A stretch of DNA of 64,000 nucleotides. It comes from Malacoraja senta (lineage: Eukaryota). Below the pieces are notes generated by a model. The model searched no databases, was not told where the DNA came from, and worked only from the letters and a program-made list of their open reading frames with translations. Of the stretch, positions 39,363 through 52,769 are shown in pieces. Numbering within the stretch: the first letter of the stretch is position 1; each line of letters starts with the position of its first letter. The DNA is taken from positions 62,001 through 126,000 of the forward strand of contig JAXLNO010000087.1 in the NCBI GenBank assembly GCA_038087875.1. Reading direction: 5' to 3'. The position numbers and the translations under genes are program-made.

Positions 39363-42300
39363 AGTCATGTGTCCCTGATAGGACAATGAAATTCTTGCTT
39401 TGCTTCAGCACAACAGAACATAGTAGGCATTGACTACAAGGCATTCTATAAATATATACACACATGAATCAATATACTGATAAAGTGAAAATAACAGTAT
39501 TGGCTAATAAAGTTCTGTGTTATGTCGGAGCCAGGTTTAATAGCCTGATGGCTGTGGGGAAGTAGCTATTCCTGAACCTGGTCGTTGCAGTCTTCAGGCT
39601 CCTGTACCTTCTACCTGAAGGTAGTAGGGAGATGAGTGTGTGGCCAGGATGGTGTGGGTCCTTGATGATACTGCCAGCCTTTATGATGCAGCGACTGTGA
39701 TAGATCCCCTCGATGGAAGGGAGGTCAGAGCCGATGATGGACTGGGCAGTGTTTACTACTTTTTGTAGTCTTTTCCTCTCCAGGGCGCTTAAGTTGCCGA
39801 ACCAAGCCACGATGCAACCGGTCAGCATGCTCTCTACTGTGCACCTGTAGAAGTTAGAGAGAGACCTCCTTGACAAACCGACTCTCCGTAATCTTCTCAG
39901 GAAGTAGAGGCGCTGATGTGCTTTCTTCATAATGGCATCAATGTTCTCGGACCAGGAAAGATCTTCAGAGATGTGCACGCCCAGGAATTTGAAGCTCTTG
40001 ACCCTTTCAACCATCGACCCATTGATATAAACGGGTCTGTGGGTCCCCATCCTACCGCTTCCAAAGTCCACAATCAGTTCCTTGGTTTTGCTGGTGTTGA
40101 GGGCCAGGTTATTGTGCTGGCACCATATGGACAGTTGCCCGATCTCTCTTCTATACTCTGACTCATCCCCTTCAGTGATACGTCCCACAACAGTGGTGTC
40201 GTCAGCGAACTTGATGATGGAGTTCGCACTATGTCCGGCTACGCAGTCATGAGTATAGAGTGAGTACAGCAGGGGGCTGAGCACGTAGCCTTGAGGTGCT
40301 CCCGTGCTGATTGTTATCGAGTCTGAAACATTTCCACCAATACGAACAGACTGTGGTCTGAGAGTGAGGAAGTCGAGGATCCAAATGCAGAGGGATGCGC
40401 AAAGACGCAGTTCTGCGAGTTTGGTAACCAGCTTGGAGGGGATGATGTATTAAATGCCGAGCTGTAATCGATGAATAACAGCCTGACATATGAGTTTTTG
40501 TTGTCCAAGTGGTCCAGAGCGGAGTGGAGGGCCAGCGAGATCGCATCCACCGTTGATCTGTTGTGGCGGTAAGCGAACTGCAGTGGGTCCAGGTTTTTGT
40601 CGAGGTAGGAGTTGATCTGCATCATGATCAACCTCTCTAAGCACTTCATCACCACAGGCGTTAGTGCCACAGGTCGATAGTCATTGAGGCACGTCACCTT
40701 ACCCTTCTTGGGCACCGGTATAATTGATGCCCTTTTGAAGCAGGTGGGAACCTCAGACCTCAGAAGTGAGAGGTTGAAAATGTCCGTAAAAACTCCAGCC
40801 AGTTGGTCCGCACAGGTTTTTAGAACACGACCAGGTATACCATCAGGTCCAGGCGCTTTTCGAGGGTTCACCCCTCTGAAGGATTTCCTGACGTCAGCCT
40901 CTGTGACTGAGACTGAAATACCATCACAGCGAATGGGGGCTTGGGAAGGCACATCAGTGTTCTCCCTATCAAAGCGTGCGTAGAACGCATTGAGGTCATC
41001 AGGGAGTGATGTTTCGCCGACATTCGAGCTGCCTCCTGATTTCGACTTGTAAGAGGTGATTGCATTCAGGCCCTGCCACAGCCGCCGAACATCTGTCTCT
41101 TCCTCCAGTTTGGAGTAGGTCCCTTTTGGCCTTTTTGATGGCCTTACCAAGGTCGTATCTGGGCTTCTTGTAGGCCACTGTATCATCAGACATGAATGCC
41201 CGGTGTCTGGACTTCAGAAGAGTGCGGATCTCAAAGTTCATCCAAGGTTTCTGATTGGGAAACGTTCGGAAGGTTTTGGTGGGGATGCAGTCGTCCACAC
41301 ACTTCTTAATGAAGTCTGTAACGACTGTGGCGTATTCGTTCAAGTCTGTTGCCGAGTCCTTGAACATTGCCCAGTCTACAGACTCCAAACAGTCCTGGAG
41401 TTGTTCTTCTGCCCCCCCCGACCAGCTCTGTACTGTCTTCACCTCTGGGGGTGCGCTCTTTAATTGCTGCCTGTAGGCAGGAAGAAGCAGCACCGCGGTA
41501 TGGTCGGATTTACCGAAGTGAGGGCGAGGGATAGAACGATAGGCATTCTTGATGGTGGTGTAGCAGTGGTCGAGGGTGTTTGGTCCTCTGGTGCAGCAGG
41601 AGACATGTTGGTGGAAGTTAGGGAGTGATTTCTTTAGGTTTGCCTTATTGAACTCCCCTGCTATGGTGGTGAATGCCTCGGGGTAAGACGTCTGGTGTTT
41701 GTTGACCACGGCGTGCAGCTCCCCCAGTGCCAGACGGACGTCTGCCTGAGGTGGGATGTAGACCGCGGTCATGATGATGGAGGTGAATTCCTTCGGAAGG
41801 TAGAAGGGACGACACTTCACCGCCAGATATTCGAGGTGTGGAGAGCAGGAGTTGGACAGGACTGCCACGTCTGAGCACCACGCAGTTGACCATGAGGCAG
41901 ACGCCCCCTCCTCTCCCTTTCCCAGATGCCAGTGTACGGTCCATACGATGGATGGAGAACCCTTCAGGCTGGACCGCTGAATCTGGGGAGCTGGGGGTGA
42001 GCCATGTCTCTGTGAAACAGAACACAGAGCATTCCCTCAGCTCCCTTTGATAAAGCACTTGCCCTTATGTCCTCCACTTTATTTTCAAGGGACTGTACGT
42101 TGGCCAGTAGGATAGTAGGGAGAGGGGGTCGAAGTCCCCTGCGCTTCAGTCTGACCTGAAGTCCTGCCCGTCGGCCACGTTTCCGGACACAATGGAGACT
42201 TCCCCTTTGTTTCCAGGTGCTGAGTTTCCTGTACCTGCTGTTTCTGCGGACCTGCGCTGGAACGGGGATTCCTTCACAGACGGCAGCTCCAGCTCCGTAA

Positions 42301-42637
42301 CGAACGGGGGTACCTTCAAAGTCGGCAGCTCCAGCTCCGTTGTTCCTGGGAAATCCGGCCTGTGGGCTCTGGAGGTCATCCCGGGGTTTCCAGGTACAGT
42401 ACCTGGGATCCTCAGTCGGGTTGGGAGTTCTGCAGCCAGCGTGGGAAAGTTTAAAGTCCGGGGCACCCGCAGCTGCGGGAGATCGCGAAATTGCCAGCGC
42501 TTTCAGCTGCCCAAGCAGCTTGTCTGAAACGGCACCGATTACTGCCGTTTCCCTGATGCAGGTGAGTTGATAGAAGTTGTAGGTGAACCTTTTCTGTTCT
42601 GGTGCTCCGCAAAAGTCGCCGCAGGCAGGCGCCATCT
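39363..42637 (-). mobile_element. Near full-length Rex1/Babar LINE (APE endonuclease + RT), frameshifted
   Basis: LLANVQSLENK, FTETWL, VYIPP, SDH endonuclease motifs, then full RT; GATGGCGCC 5' end. Confidence 0.93.
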
Positions 42638-42647
42638 TTGGTTAGGC

Positions 42648-43036
42648 CATATCTCATTGAAACATATAAGATTGTTAAGGGTATATACACGCTAGAGGCA
42701 GGAAACATGTTGCCGATTTTGGGGGAGTCCAGAACCAGGGGCCACAATTTAAGAATAAGGAGTAAGCCATTTAGAACAGAGACCAGGAAACACTTTTTCT
42801 CACAGAGAGTTGTGAGTCTGTGGAATTCTCTGCCTCAGAGGGCGGTGGAGGGAGGTTCTCTAGATGCTTTCAAGAGAGAGCTGGATAGGGCTCTTAAAGA
42901 TAGCAGAGTCAGGGGATATGGGGAGAAGGCAGGAACGGGTTACTGATTGGGGATGATCAGCTATGATCACATTGAATGGCGGTGCTGGCTGGAAGGGCCG
43001 AATGGCCTCTACTCTTGCACCTATTGTCTATTGTCT
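42648..43036 (+). mobile_element. CR1 3' fragment
   Basis: LIETYKI...SRTRGH...FFSQRVVSLWNSLP and the CR1 3'UTR. Confidence 0.85.
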
Positions 43037-44931
43037 AAAGGTTATTGGAGGATAACAAATGTCAAGGGCATTGGGGAATGAGAGTATCTATTGTTGTGTA
43101 ATGATGAGTATGTGTTAATCTTCTTGCTTCTGTAGTGATGTTCTGATTGAGTTTAGTTTTGAGACACAGCATGGAAACTTGCCGTTCAGCCCTCTGTCCA
43201 TGCCGACCTCTGATCACCCGTTCACACTCGTTCTGTTCTCTCACTTTCCCATCCGCTCCCTACACACTACAAGCAATTTATGGAGGTCCAGTAACCTACA
43301 TCCCCACTCATTCGTGGCCACAGGGAGCGTGCTATCTCCACCCAGAGAGCACCCGAAGTCAGGATTGAACCCTGGTCTCCGGCACTGTGAGGCAGCAGTT
43401 CTAACATCTGTGCCACTGTGATTTGGGTGGTTTGGCTGTTTAAAACGATGTGAGTTTTGGGTTGAGGAGAACACAAACCAGTAGATGTGAAAAAAAATGC
43501 TGAATTTACTCAGTTATTCCAATATTGAGTGCAATTATCTCCTGAGTTTCACACAAGGTAAACCCACCAGTCACCAGCCTCATTATCATCCAATTTCTTC
43601 TGCAACTTTCAGTTTTCTCCAAATCAAACCGCACAGTTTGCACCAAGACCTTCACAACCTCTGGGAATAAATCACGTCCCTTCCAGTTCAATTCAATTTA
43701 GTTCAGTGTCACGTTCGTGAGGTAAAGAGAAAAGCTTTTGCAGAATGCTAACCAGCCTGGAGAAAGACAAGTATAATTAATGCTATTCACAACTGAAGTT
43801 AGAATAGTTTCCAGTAACACATATTCAAGCAGATGACTGTGTGATGTTTGAAAGGTCTATGATAATGGCAAATGACAGAATCTGTTGTTTTGTAATAAAT
43901 GGAACGGTCAATATTCTTGCCTGTTCATGCTGTAGTTGGTCCGATAGATCAAACTAATATTCATTGCATCAGATCATGGCGGAGGTTGGACTTAGGAGGT
44001 CACCAATGAGCTGCATATGGTCATCGCTACTACAATTTGTCAAAGTAAGTCCAATATTGAGAGCAAATTTCTCCTCAGTTCTGAATTTCACTGGCCCTAT
44101 CCCCGAACTCTATCCCCATTACATTGATGACTGCATCGATGCTAGAAAATATATCCACAATATGCAAACACAATCCATACCCAGAATTGTTTGGTCATGC
44201 TAGTGGAGTGGCACAAATTGACCCAGTTAGTCACCATCATAACTTGGAAATACATTGCTAGTCCTTCGTTATTTGTGGGGCCTACTCCTATCATTTACAT
44301 CATTTACTAAACACATCCATCAGTGGTGGAATAAGGATGGTCACATCCTCATGGGTTAAAACTGGAAGCCTAAACACTGAGGCCCACATCCAAAAACATA
44401 GATTTATCAGCAAAACATCTGGAGGGAATCACAACTTGCAGCTCATCATCAGCTCAGGAGTTAGTGTCATCCTCATTGTGACAAGAAATCTAATCAGGCT
44501 CCTTCCTTAATCCGGGTTAACAACTAATTTCCCCATATTGTGAGAATTCTGCAGAGAAATACAATTCATTTTTATTGCTGCTCAGCCTCTGTTTTAGATA
44601 TTTTTCCCCAGTTCCTGAATCTTCGTAATTCATCTCATCTCCCCGTCCACTCCACACTGTCCGTCACTCTCACATTCTAAACATAGAAACATAGACAATA
44701 GGTGCAGGAGTAGAGGCCATTCGGCCCATCGAGCCTGCACCATTCGCCATTCAATATGATCATGGCTGATCATCCAACTCAGTATCCTGTACCTGCCTTC
44801 TCTCCATACCCCCTGATCCCTTTAGCCGCAAGGGCCACATCTAACTCCCTCTTAAATATAGCCAATGAACTGTGACCTCAACTACCATCTGTGGCAGAGA
44901 GTTCCATCAGCCATCTTTAAGAGGGGTTGAT

Positions 44932-45140
44932 GGCGGCCATCTTGGTGAGGGCTGGTGAGGTCGGCGCCGCTGATTGGTCGGATGCCGGCGGCCATCTTGG
45001 TGAGGGCAGGTGAGATCGGCGCCCCTGATTGGTCGGATGCCGGCGGCCATCTTGGTGAGGGCATTTGAGGTCGGCACTGTTGATTGGTCGGATGCCGGCG
45101 GCCATCTTGTTAAGGTCCCGCCGTTCAAGACGCCATCTTG
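44932..45140. repeat. 55-bp tandem repeat, each unit with YY1-like and CCAAT motifs
   Basis: GGCGGCCATCTTG at 44932, 44987, 45042, 45097; TGATTGG in each full unit. Confidence 0.85.
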
Positions 45141-45284
45141 AGAAGGTACCAAAGGCCCACACACTTGTGTCCATTGTCCCCTCTAAACCTGTCTTGTCCA
45201 CTCACCTGTCCAAGGGTCTTAGTTTACAACTCTTCACCCACCAGTGCCCATTTGACTTACTTTGGCTGGGAAAGTACATCTGGG

Positions 45285-46040
45285 ACCCATAAACACTCAG
45301 CATAGGAGCACCGCAAGGCTGCGTACTCTCTCCTCTCCTCTACGCTCTCTACACCAACGACTTCACCTCTGTCAGTCAAGCTTCTCAAGTTTGCGGACAA
45401 CACAACCCTGATTGGACTGATCCAGGATGGGGAGGAATCGGCCTACAGACAGCAAGTGTCACAGCTGGCGTCCTGGTGCCGTAGCAACAACCTGGAGCTC
45501 AATTATCTTAAGACAGTGGAATTGATTGTAGACTTTAGGAGAGCACACCCTCCCCTCACCCCACTCACCATCAACAACACCACAGTCACATCTGTGGAAT
45601 CTTTTAAGTTCCTGGGAACCATCATCTCCAAGGACCATAAGTGGGGTGCTACCATGGACTCCAGTCAAACAGGCACAACAGATGATGTACTTCCTGCGGC
45701 AGCTGAGGAAACACAATCTGCCACAGGCAATGATGGTCCAATTCTACACGACCATCGTAGAGTCTGTTCTCACCATCCCCATCATGGTCTGGTTTGGCTC
45801 AGTCACCAAGCACGACACCTGGAGGCTGCAGCGAATCGTCCGATCAGCAGAGAAGGTTATTGGCTGCAACCTTCCCTCCATTGATGAACTGTACACTGCA
45901 AGGGCCAGGAAGCGAGCGGGAAAGATCATCTCTGACCCCTCTCACCCTGGCCACAAACTATTTCAATCACTACCCTCTGGAAGGCGACTCCGGACTGTCA
46001 CAGCAGTTTTTTATTCACGAGTAGTTGCTCTACTCAGCAG
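45285..46040 (+). mobile_element. Rex/Babar LINE RT 3' fragment (different subfamily)
   Basis: [29 protein letters not shown]. Confidence 0.85.
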
Positions 46041-46192
46041 CCAAAATTGTTGTAATTGTTATATGGTTATATGGTTATAACAGCGGCGCCTAGCATTTAT
46101 ATATGCCTGAAGTAATTGAACTCCACAATTGTATCTACAATGTTGGACACGTTCTTCTTCCTAACTTGTCTAATCTGATGTGCAACTATTTG

Positions 46193-46490
46193 GGCGGCAC
46201 GGTGGCGCAGTGATGGAGTTGCTGCCTTACAGCGCCAGAGACCCGGGGTCAATCCTGACCGGGGATGCTGCCTGTACTTTCTCCCTGTGACAGCGTGGGC
46301 TTTCTCCGGGTGCTCCGGTTTCCTCCCACACGCCACAGACCTGCAGGTTTTCAAGGTTAATTGGCTTTGGAAAATTTGCAAATTGTCCCTAGTGCGTAGG
46401 GTAGTGCTAGCGTACGGGGTGATCGCTGGTCGGTGTGGTCTCGGTGGGCCGAAAGGCCAGTTTCCACTCTATATAGCTAAAGTTTAAATC
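46193..46490 (+). mobile_element. V-SINE
   Basis: tRNA head GGTGGCGCAGTG, V core, CR1-like tail. Confidence 0.8.
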
Positions 46491-46739
46491 AGCTTGTCTT
46501 AACTCATCTCATTCCCTTCCCCACCAAACCCTTTGTTAAAGATAAAGATTGATAACCTGAGGTTTAAAACATAGAACAGTACAACACAGGAACCGCCCCT
46601 TCGGCCCACAATGCCTGTGCTAAACGTGACACCACTGCCAACTCTTATCTGTCTGCACATTATCATTATCCCTCCATTCCCTGCCTATCCAAAAACCTGT
46701 TAAATGACACTGTTGTATCTGCCTCCACCACCCCTGGCA

Positions 46740-48075
46740 GCACATTTGGAAAGTGGTGAAATCATTGGACAAAGTCAGCATGGATTTACGAAAGGTAAAT
46801 CGTGTCTGACGAATCTTATAGAATTTTTCGAGGATGTAACTAGTAGAGTGGATAGGGGAGAACCAGTGGATGTGTTGTATCTGGACTTTCAGAAGGCTTT
46901 CGACAAGGTACCACATAAGAGATTAGGATACAAATTTAAATCACACGGTATTGGGGGTTCAGTATTGATGTGGATAGAGAACTGGCTGGCAAACAGGAAG
47001 CAAAGAGTAGGAGTAAACGGGTCCTTTTCACAATGGCAGGCACACTAGTGGGGTACCGCAAGGCTCAGTGCTGGGACCCCAGCTATTTACAATTTATATT
47101 AATGATCTGGACGAGGGAATTGAAAGCAACATCTCCAAGTTTGCGGATGACACTAAGCTGGGGGGCAGTGTTAGCTGTGAGGAGGATGCTAGGAGACTGC
47201 AAGGTGACTTGGATAGGCTGGGTGAGTGGGCAAATGTTTGGCAGATGCAGTATAATGTGGATAAATGTGAGATTATCCACTTTGGTGGCAAAAACGGGAA
47301 GGCAGACTATTATCTAAATGGTGGCCGATTAGGAAATGGGGAGATGCAGCGAGACCTGGGTGTCATGGTACACCAGTCATTGAAAGTAGGCATGCAGGTG
47401 CAGCAGGCAGTGAAGAAAGCGAATGGTATGTTGGCCTTCATAGCAAGAGGATTTTAGTATAGGAGCAGGGAGGTTCTACTGCAGTTGTACAGGGTCTTGG
47501 TGAGACCACACCTGGAGTATTGCGTACAGTTTTGGTCTCCAAATCTGAGGAAGGACATTATAGCCATAGAGGTAGTGCAGAGAAGGTTCACCAGACTGAT
47601 TCCTGCGATGTCAGGACTTTCATATGAAGAAAGACTGGATAGACGGCTTATACTCGCTAGAATTTAGGAGATTGAGAGGGGATCTTATAGAAACGTACAA
47701 AATTCTTAAGGGGTTGGACAGGCTAGATGCAGGAAGATTGTTCCCGATGTTGGGGAAGTCTAGGACAAGGGATCACAGCTTAAGGATAAGGGGGAAATCC
47801 TTTAGGACCGAGATGAGAAAAAACTTTTTCACAGAGAGTGGTGAATCTCTGGAACTCTCTGCCACAGAGGGTAGTTGAGCCCAGTTCATTGGCTATATTT
47901 AAGAGGGAGTTAGATGTGGCCCTTGTGGCTAAGGGGATCAGGGGGTATGGAGAGAAGGCAGGTACGGGATACTGAGTTGGATGATCAGCCATGATCATAT
48001 TGAATGGCGGTGCAGGCTCGAAGGGCCGAATGGCCTACTCCTGCACCTATTTTCTATGTATCTATGTATCTATGT
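46740..48075 (+). mobile_element. CR1 LINE 3' portion
   Basis: QHGF, DFQKAFDKVPH, KFADD; (TCTATGTA)n tail. Confidence 0.92.
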
Positions 48076-48371
48076 AACACACTCAAGGTGCACTCTAACC
48101 TCTTATAACTTGCTCCACACATCTTTAAACTTTGCCCCACTCTCGTTAAAGCTATGCCCTCTAGTATTCCATCTCTGTCCTGGGGAAAAGGGGTGGGCAC
48201 GGTGGCGCAGCGGTAGAGTTCTTTGCTTACACTGCTTGCAGTGCCAGAGACCCGGGTTCGATCCTGACTACGGGTGCTGTCAGTACAGATTTATACATTT
48301 TCCCCTTGACCCGCGTGGGTTTTTTTCCCCGAGATCTTCAGTTTTCTCCCACAATCCAGACATGTAGGTTT

Positions 48372-49832
48372 CAGATTCAGAATCAATCTTTATTGTCATT
48401 GTGCAGTGTACAGTACAGAGACAGCGAAATGCAGTTAGCATCTCACCCAGAAGAGCGAACATAGAATAATGGAACAGCAAGATATTTATATATATATATG
48501 TACATACAATTTTTGCGTAATGCAATTTTACTGGGGGAAGGAGTGTCCTGGATGGGTGACTGGCAATCCCCAAGGTACAGAGTTAAGTTGTGTAACAGGC
48601 GCAGGGAAGAAGCTGTTCCTGAACCTGCTGATCTGGCAACGGAGAGACCTGTAGCGCCTCCTGGATGGGAGGATAAACAGTATGTGGCTGGGGTGAGAGC
48701 AGTCCTTGATGATGCTGCGCGCCCTTCGCAGACAATGCTTGCGTTGGACAGACTCAATGGAGGGGAGTGAGGAACCGGTGATGCGTTGGGCAGTTTTCAC
48801 CACCCTCTGCAGTGCTTTCCGGTCGGTGACAGTTGCCATACCAACCTGTGATACAGTTGGTAAGGATGCTCTCGATGGTGCAGCGGTAGATGTTCACCAG
48901 AATCTGAGGAGACAGATGGACCTTCTTTTGTGTCCTCAGGAAGAAGAGAAGCTGGTGAGCCTTCTTAACCAGTGTTGAGGTATTGTGGGTCCAAGAGAGG
49001 TCATCAGAGATGTTGACTCCCAGAAACCTGAAGCTGGAAACACATTCCACCTCCATCCTGTTAATGTGGATGGGGGTGTGCGTGCCGTCCCTAGACCTTC
49101 TGTAGTCCACAATGAGCTCCTTGGTCTTCTTGTAGTTACAGGCCAGGTTGTTGTCAGCGCACCATGCTGCTAGGAGCTGGACCTCCTCCCTATAGTTGTT
49201 GCTGATGAGGACCTCCTCCCTCATCGTTGTTGCTGATGAGGCCAATCACTGTTGTATCATCTGCATACTTGACGATGGTGTTAGTACCATGTACAGGTGT
49301 GCAGTCGTAGGTGAAGAGGGAGTAGAGAAGGGGGCTCAGCACACAGCCCTGTGGAACGCCGGTGTTCAGGGTGAGGGTTGAAGAGGTGTGGTTGTCTGAC
49401 CTAACAGACTGGGGTCTGTTGGTTAGAAAGTCCAGTATCCAGTTGCAGAGGGGTCGATGCCCAGGTCGCTGAGTTTGGTCATCAGTTTTGAGGGGATAAT
49501 GATGTTAAATGCTGAGATGAACAGCATTCTCACGTAGGTGTCTCTGTTGTCGAGGTGGGAGAGGGCGGAGTGAAGTGCCGTTGAGATGGCATCCTCCGTA
49601 CTCCTGTTCTTGCGGTAGGCGAACTGATAGGGATCCAGTGTGGGAGGTAGGCAGCCTTTGAGGTGTGCCAGGACCAGCCTCTCGAAGCACTTAGTGATGA
49701 TGGGAGTAAGTGCAACTGGGCAGAAGTCGTTGAAGCTCGCCGCAGTGGAGTGTTTTGGCACCGGCACGAGGGAGGTGGTTTTAAGGCACGTGGGGACAAC
49801 TGCTTGGGCATGTGACAGGTTGAAGATGTCAG
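48372..49832 (-). mobile_element. Rex/Babar LINE fragment inserted into a V-SINE (48195-48370 and 49840-49975)
   Basis: [28 protein letters not shown] on minus; SINE halves on either side. Confidence 0.85.
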
Positions 49833-52769
49833 TCTAGAGAGTAGGTTAATTTGGTATAAATGTAAATTGTCCGTAGTGTGCGTGGGGTAGTTTAATGCAC
49901 GGGTATCGCTGGTTGACGTGGACGCGGTGGGCTGAAGGGCCTGATTCTGTGCTGTATCTCTAAACTAAACTAAAAAAGTTCTGACTGTCTGGTTAAAGAT
50001 ATGAACACATGGGCTCACTGGTCTGCGGGCTATAGAAAGAATCTTGTACTTTGCTGACTTTCACAAGCAATGTTAAGCTGAGACCAACGAAGTAACGGCA
50101 ATAGTTTGATTTAGAGAGATGGCGTGAAAACAGGCCCTTCCGCCCACCGAGCCCACGCCAACCAACGATCACCTGTACACTAGTCCTATATCCTTCACAC
50201 TAGGGGTAATTTACAGACGTCAATTAACCTACACACCGGCACATCTCTAGAATGTGGGAGGAAACCAGAGCACCGGAAGGAATCCCACGTGGGTCACAGG
50301 GAGAACGTACAAACTACACGCACACGTAGACAGGATTGAACCCGGGTCTCTGGCACTGTAAGGCAGCAACTCTTAGTCTATCGCTGCGCCACCATGCCGA
50401 TCAATTCACTTGATGCTAAGGAAGTTGTATGTCAGCCCTCTGCAAACTTTAAAACCCAATGAGATGTTCCTTCTCCATTTGGTACATCAAGTCCTCTCCG
50501 TCATTCAATCATATCTGGATTGGCATGGCTTAGAACATCAGAAAAACCCTCTGCCACAGCCACTGATTTCTCAGGGACTACAAAGGGAAAATGTACTCCA
50601 GTAATCCCTCTGTGTGCTTTATATCTGTCTGTTAAGGTGTTCAGATTTGTCAAATATTGAATTGCATTCCAACAATGGAGTCTTTAGGTTTATAGAGTTA
50701 AGCGTGAAACTGATAAAGCAGAAGTATTTTCGTGCCAGGAACAAACTACACACTCTTTGACTATGGACAACTCTCATTTGGCAAATGGCAAAATTATTCT
50801 GTTTTTAAAGTGTGGCTCAGCGGTAGAGTTGCTGCCTCACTGCGCCGGAGACCCAGGTGCTGTCTGTACAGAGTTTGTATGTTCCCCTCGTGACCAGCGT
50901 GGGTTTTCTACGGATGCTCCGGTTTCCTCCCACACTCCAAAGACGTGCAGGTTTGTAGGTTAATTGGCTTTGGTAAAAAGTCCCCAGTGTGTAGGATAGT
51001 GAGGGTGTAGAGGTGAATACTGGTCGGCGTGGACTCGGTGGGCCAAAGGGCCCGTTGCCACACTGTATCTCGAAATGAAAACACTTGAGATTTAATATTG
51101 TTTGTGCTGGAGTAACTCAGCGGGTTGAGCAGCATCTCTGGAGAACATGAGTGGGTGACGTTTTGGTTCAGGACCCGTCTTCAGGACCAGACGTCAACGA
51201 GTGCTGGACTCACCATGATGTAGAAACATAGAAAATAGGTGCAGGAGTAGGCCATTCGGCCCTTCGAGCCAGCACCGCCTTTCAATATGATTTTGGCTGA
51301 TCATCCAAAATCAATACCCCATTCCTGCTATCTCCCCATATCCCTTGATTCTGTTAGCCCAAAGAGCCACATATAACACTCACTTGAAAACATCCAGTGA
51401 ATTGGCCTCCACTGCCTTCTGTGGCAGAGAATTCTACAGATTTTCTGCGTGAAAATGTTTTCCCTCTTCTGAGTCCTAAATGGCCTAACCCGTTATTCTT
51501 AAACTGTGACCCCTGGTTCTGGACTCCCCAAACATCGGGAACATTGTTCCTGCATCTAGCCTTAACTCCTTTAAGAATGTTATATGTTTTCTTAAGATGC
51601 CCTCTCATCCTTCTCATTTCCAGCGAATTCAAGCCCAGTCTACCCATGTTTTCATCATACGTAAGTCTCGCCACCCCGGATATTGACCTGGTGAACTTAC
51701 GCTGCACTCCCTCAATAGTAAGAATGTCCTTCTGCAAATTAGGAAAGGTACAGGAGTGTGAAAACGCACACCTCCAGATTCAGGGACAGTTTCTTCCCAG
51801 CTGTTACCAGGCAACTAAATCATCCTACCACAACCAGAGAGCAGTTCTGAACTACTATCTACCTCATTGGTGACCCTCGGACTATCCTTGCTGGCTTTAC
51901 CTTGCACTAAACGTTATTCCTTTACCATGTATCTATACATTGCAAATGGCTCGATTATAATCATGCAATGTCTTTCTGCTAACTGTTTTTAACATGCGAC
52001 AAAAAGCATTTCTCCGTACACGTGACAATAAACTCAATTGAACTGAGTTCCTTGTATCTAACACTTGAGTCCAGTTGGTTATAACCACTGTGACCTGTGG
52101 TCATATGTTGAAGTGGTTTATTCCCTTCTGGGCCGGCCTTCCATTCATAAGATTGCAAGTTTGTAAACCATCATAATCAGAGGTGACCTCATAATGTGCC
52201 TGGCCAGCGACATCACAGTGAACTGCATCCGTAACCATGAGAGACGGACGGGCTCCATTCCATCCATCAACTTGAAGTGGGTTCACTGTTTGCAAGATAT
52301 TGAACAGATCAGAGCTTTAAAATTCACTCTACGTATTTAGAAGCAAAGGAACCTGTATCAAAAATGCCGGTGGAGAGTGCCAAGCAGGATGATAAAAGGA
52401 GATCTAAGGTAGATTTGAATCCATTAATAGACCAAGATAAAAGGTGGTGACTCAGCGAGTCTTATTCTTAAACTGTGACCCCCTGGTTCTGGACCCCCTA
52501 CATTGGGAACATAGGGACGTAGGGCTCTACTACCACCTCTGAGCTTTTCTTTATGGGAGAGAATCCTATCCATCCAGTGACAATCCTGTCTCCAGTCTTC
52601 AACATCCCACCCCCCCCCCGCCCGCCTCTCCCCCTACCCACCTTTCTACCCTCTCTGGACCTTTTTATATCCACTGTTGGTGCAACAACTGCCTTGGCTT
52701 CTCTACTCCACTGGCCCACTCAAACCGGAAGGGTCCTGACCTGAAACGACAAATGTTAGGGAGCATCTC

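Noticed and set aside
43500..44660. Possible minus-strand exons (EVVKVLVQTVRFDLEK...)
   Set aside because: Short, unrecognised, splice phases not convincing
52060..52450. Possible decayed exon on + (GDLIMCLASDITVNCIRNH...)
   Set aside because: Contains stops and matches nothing I recognise
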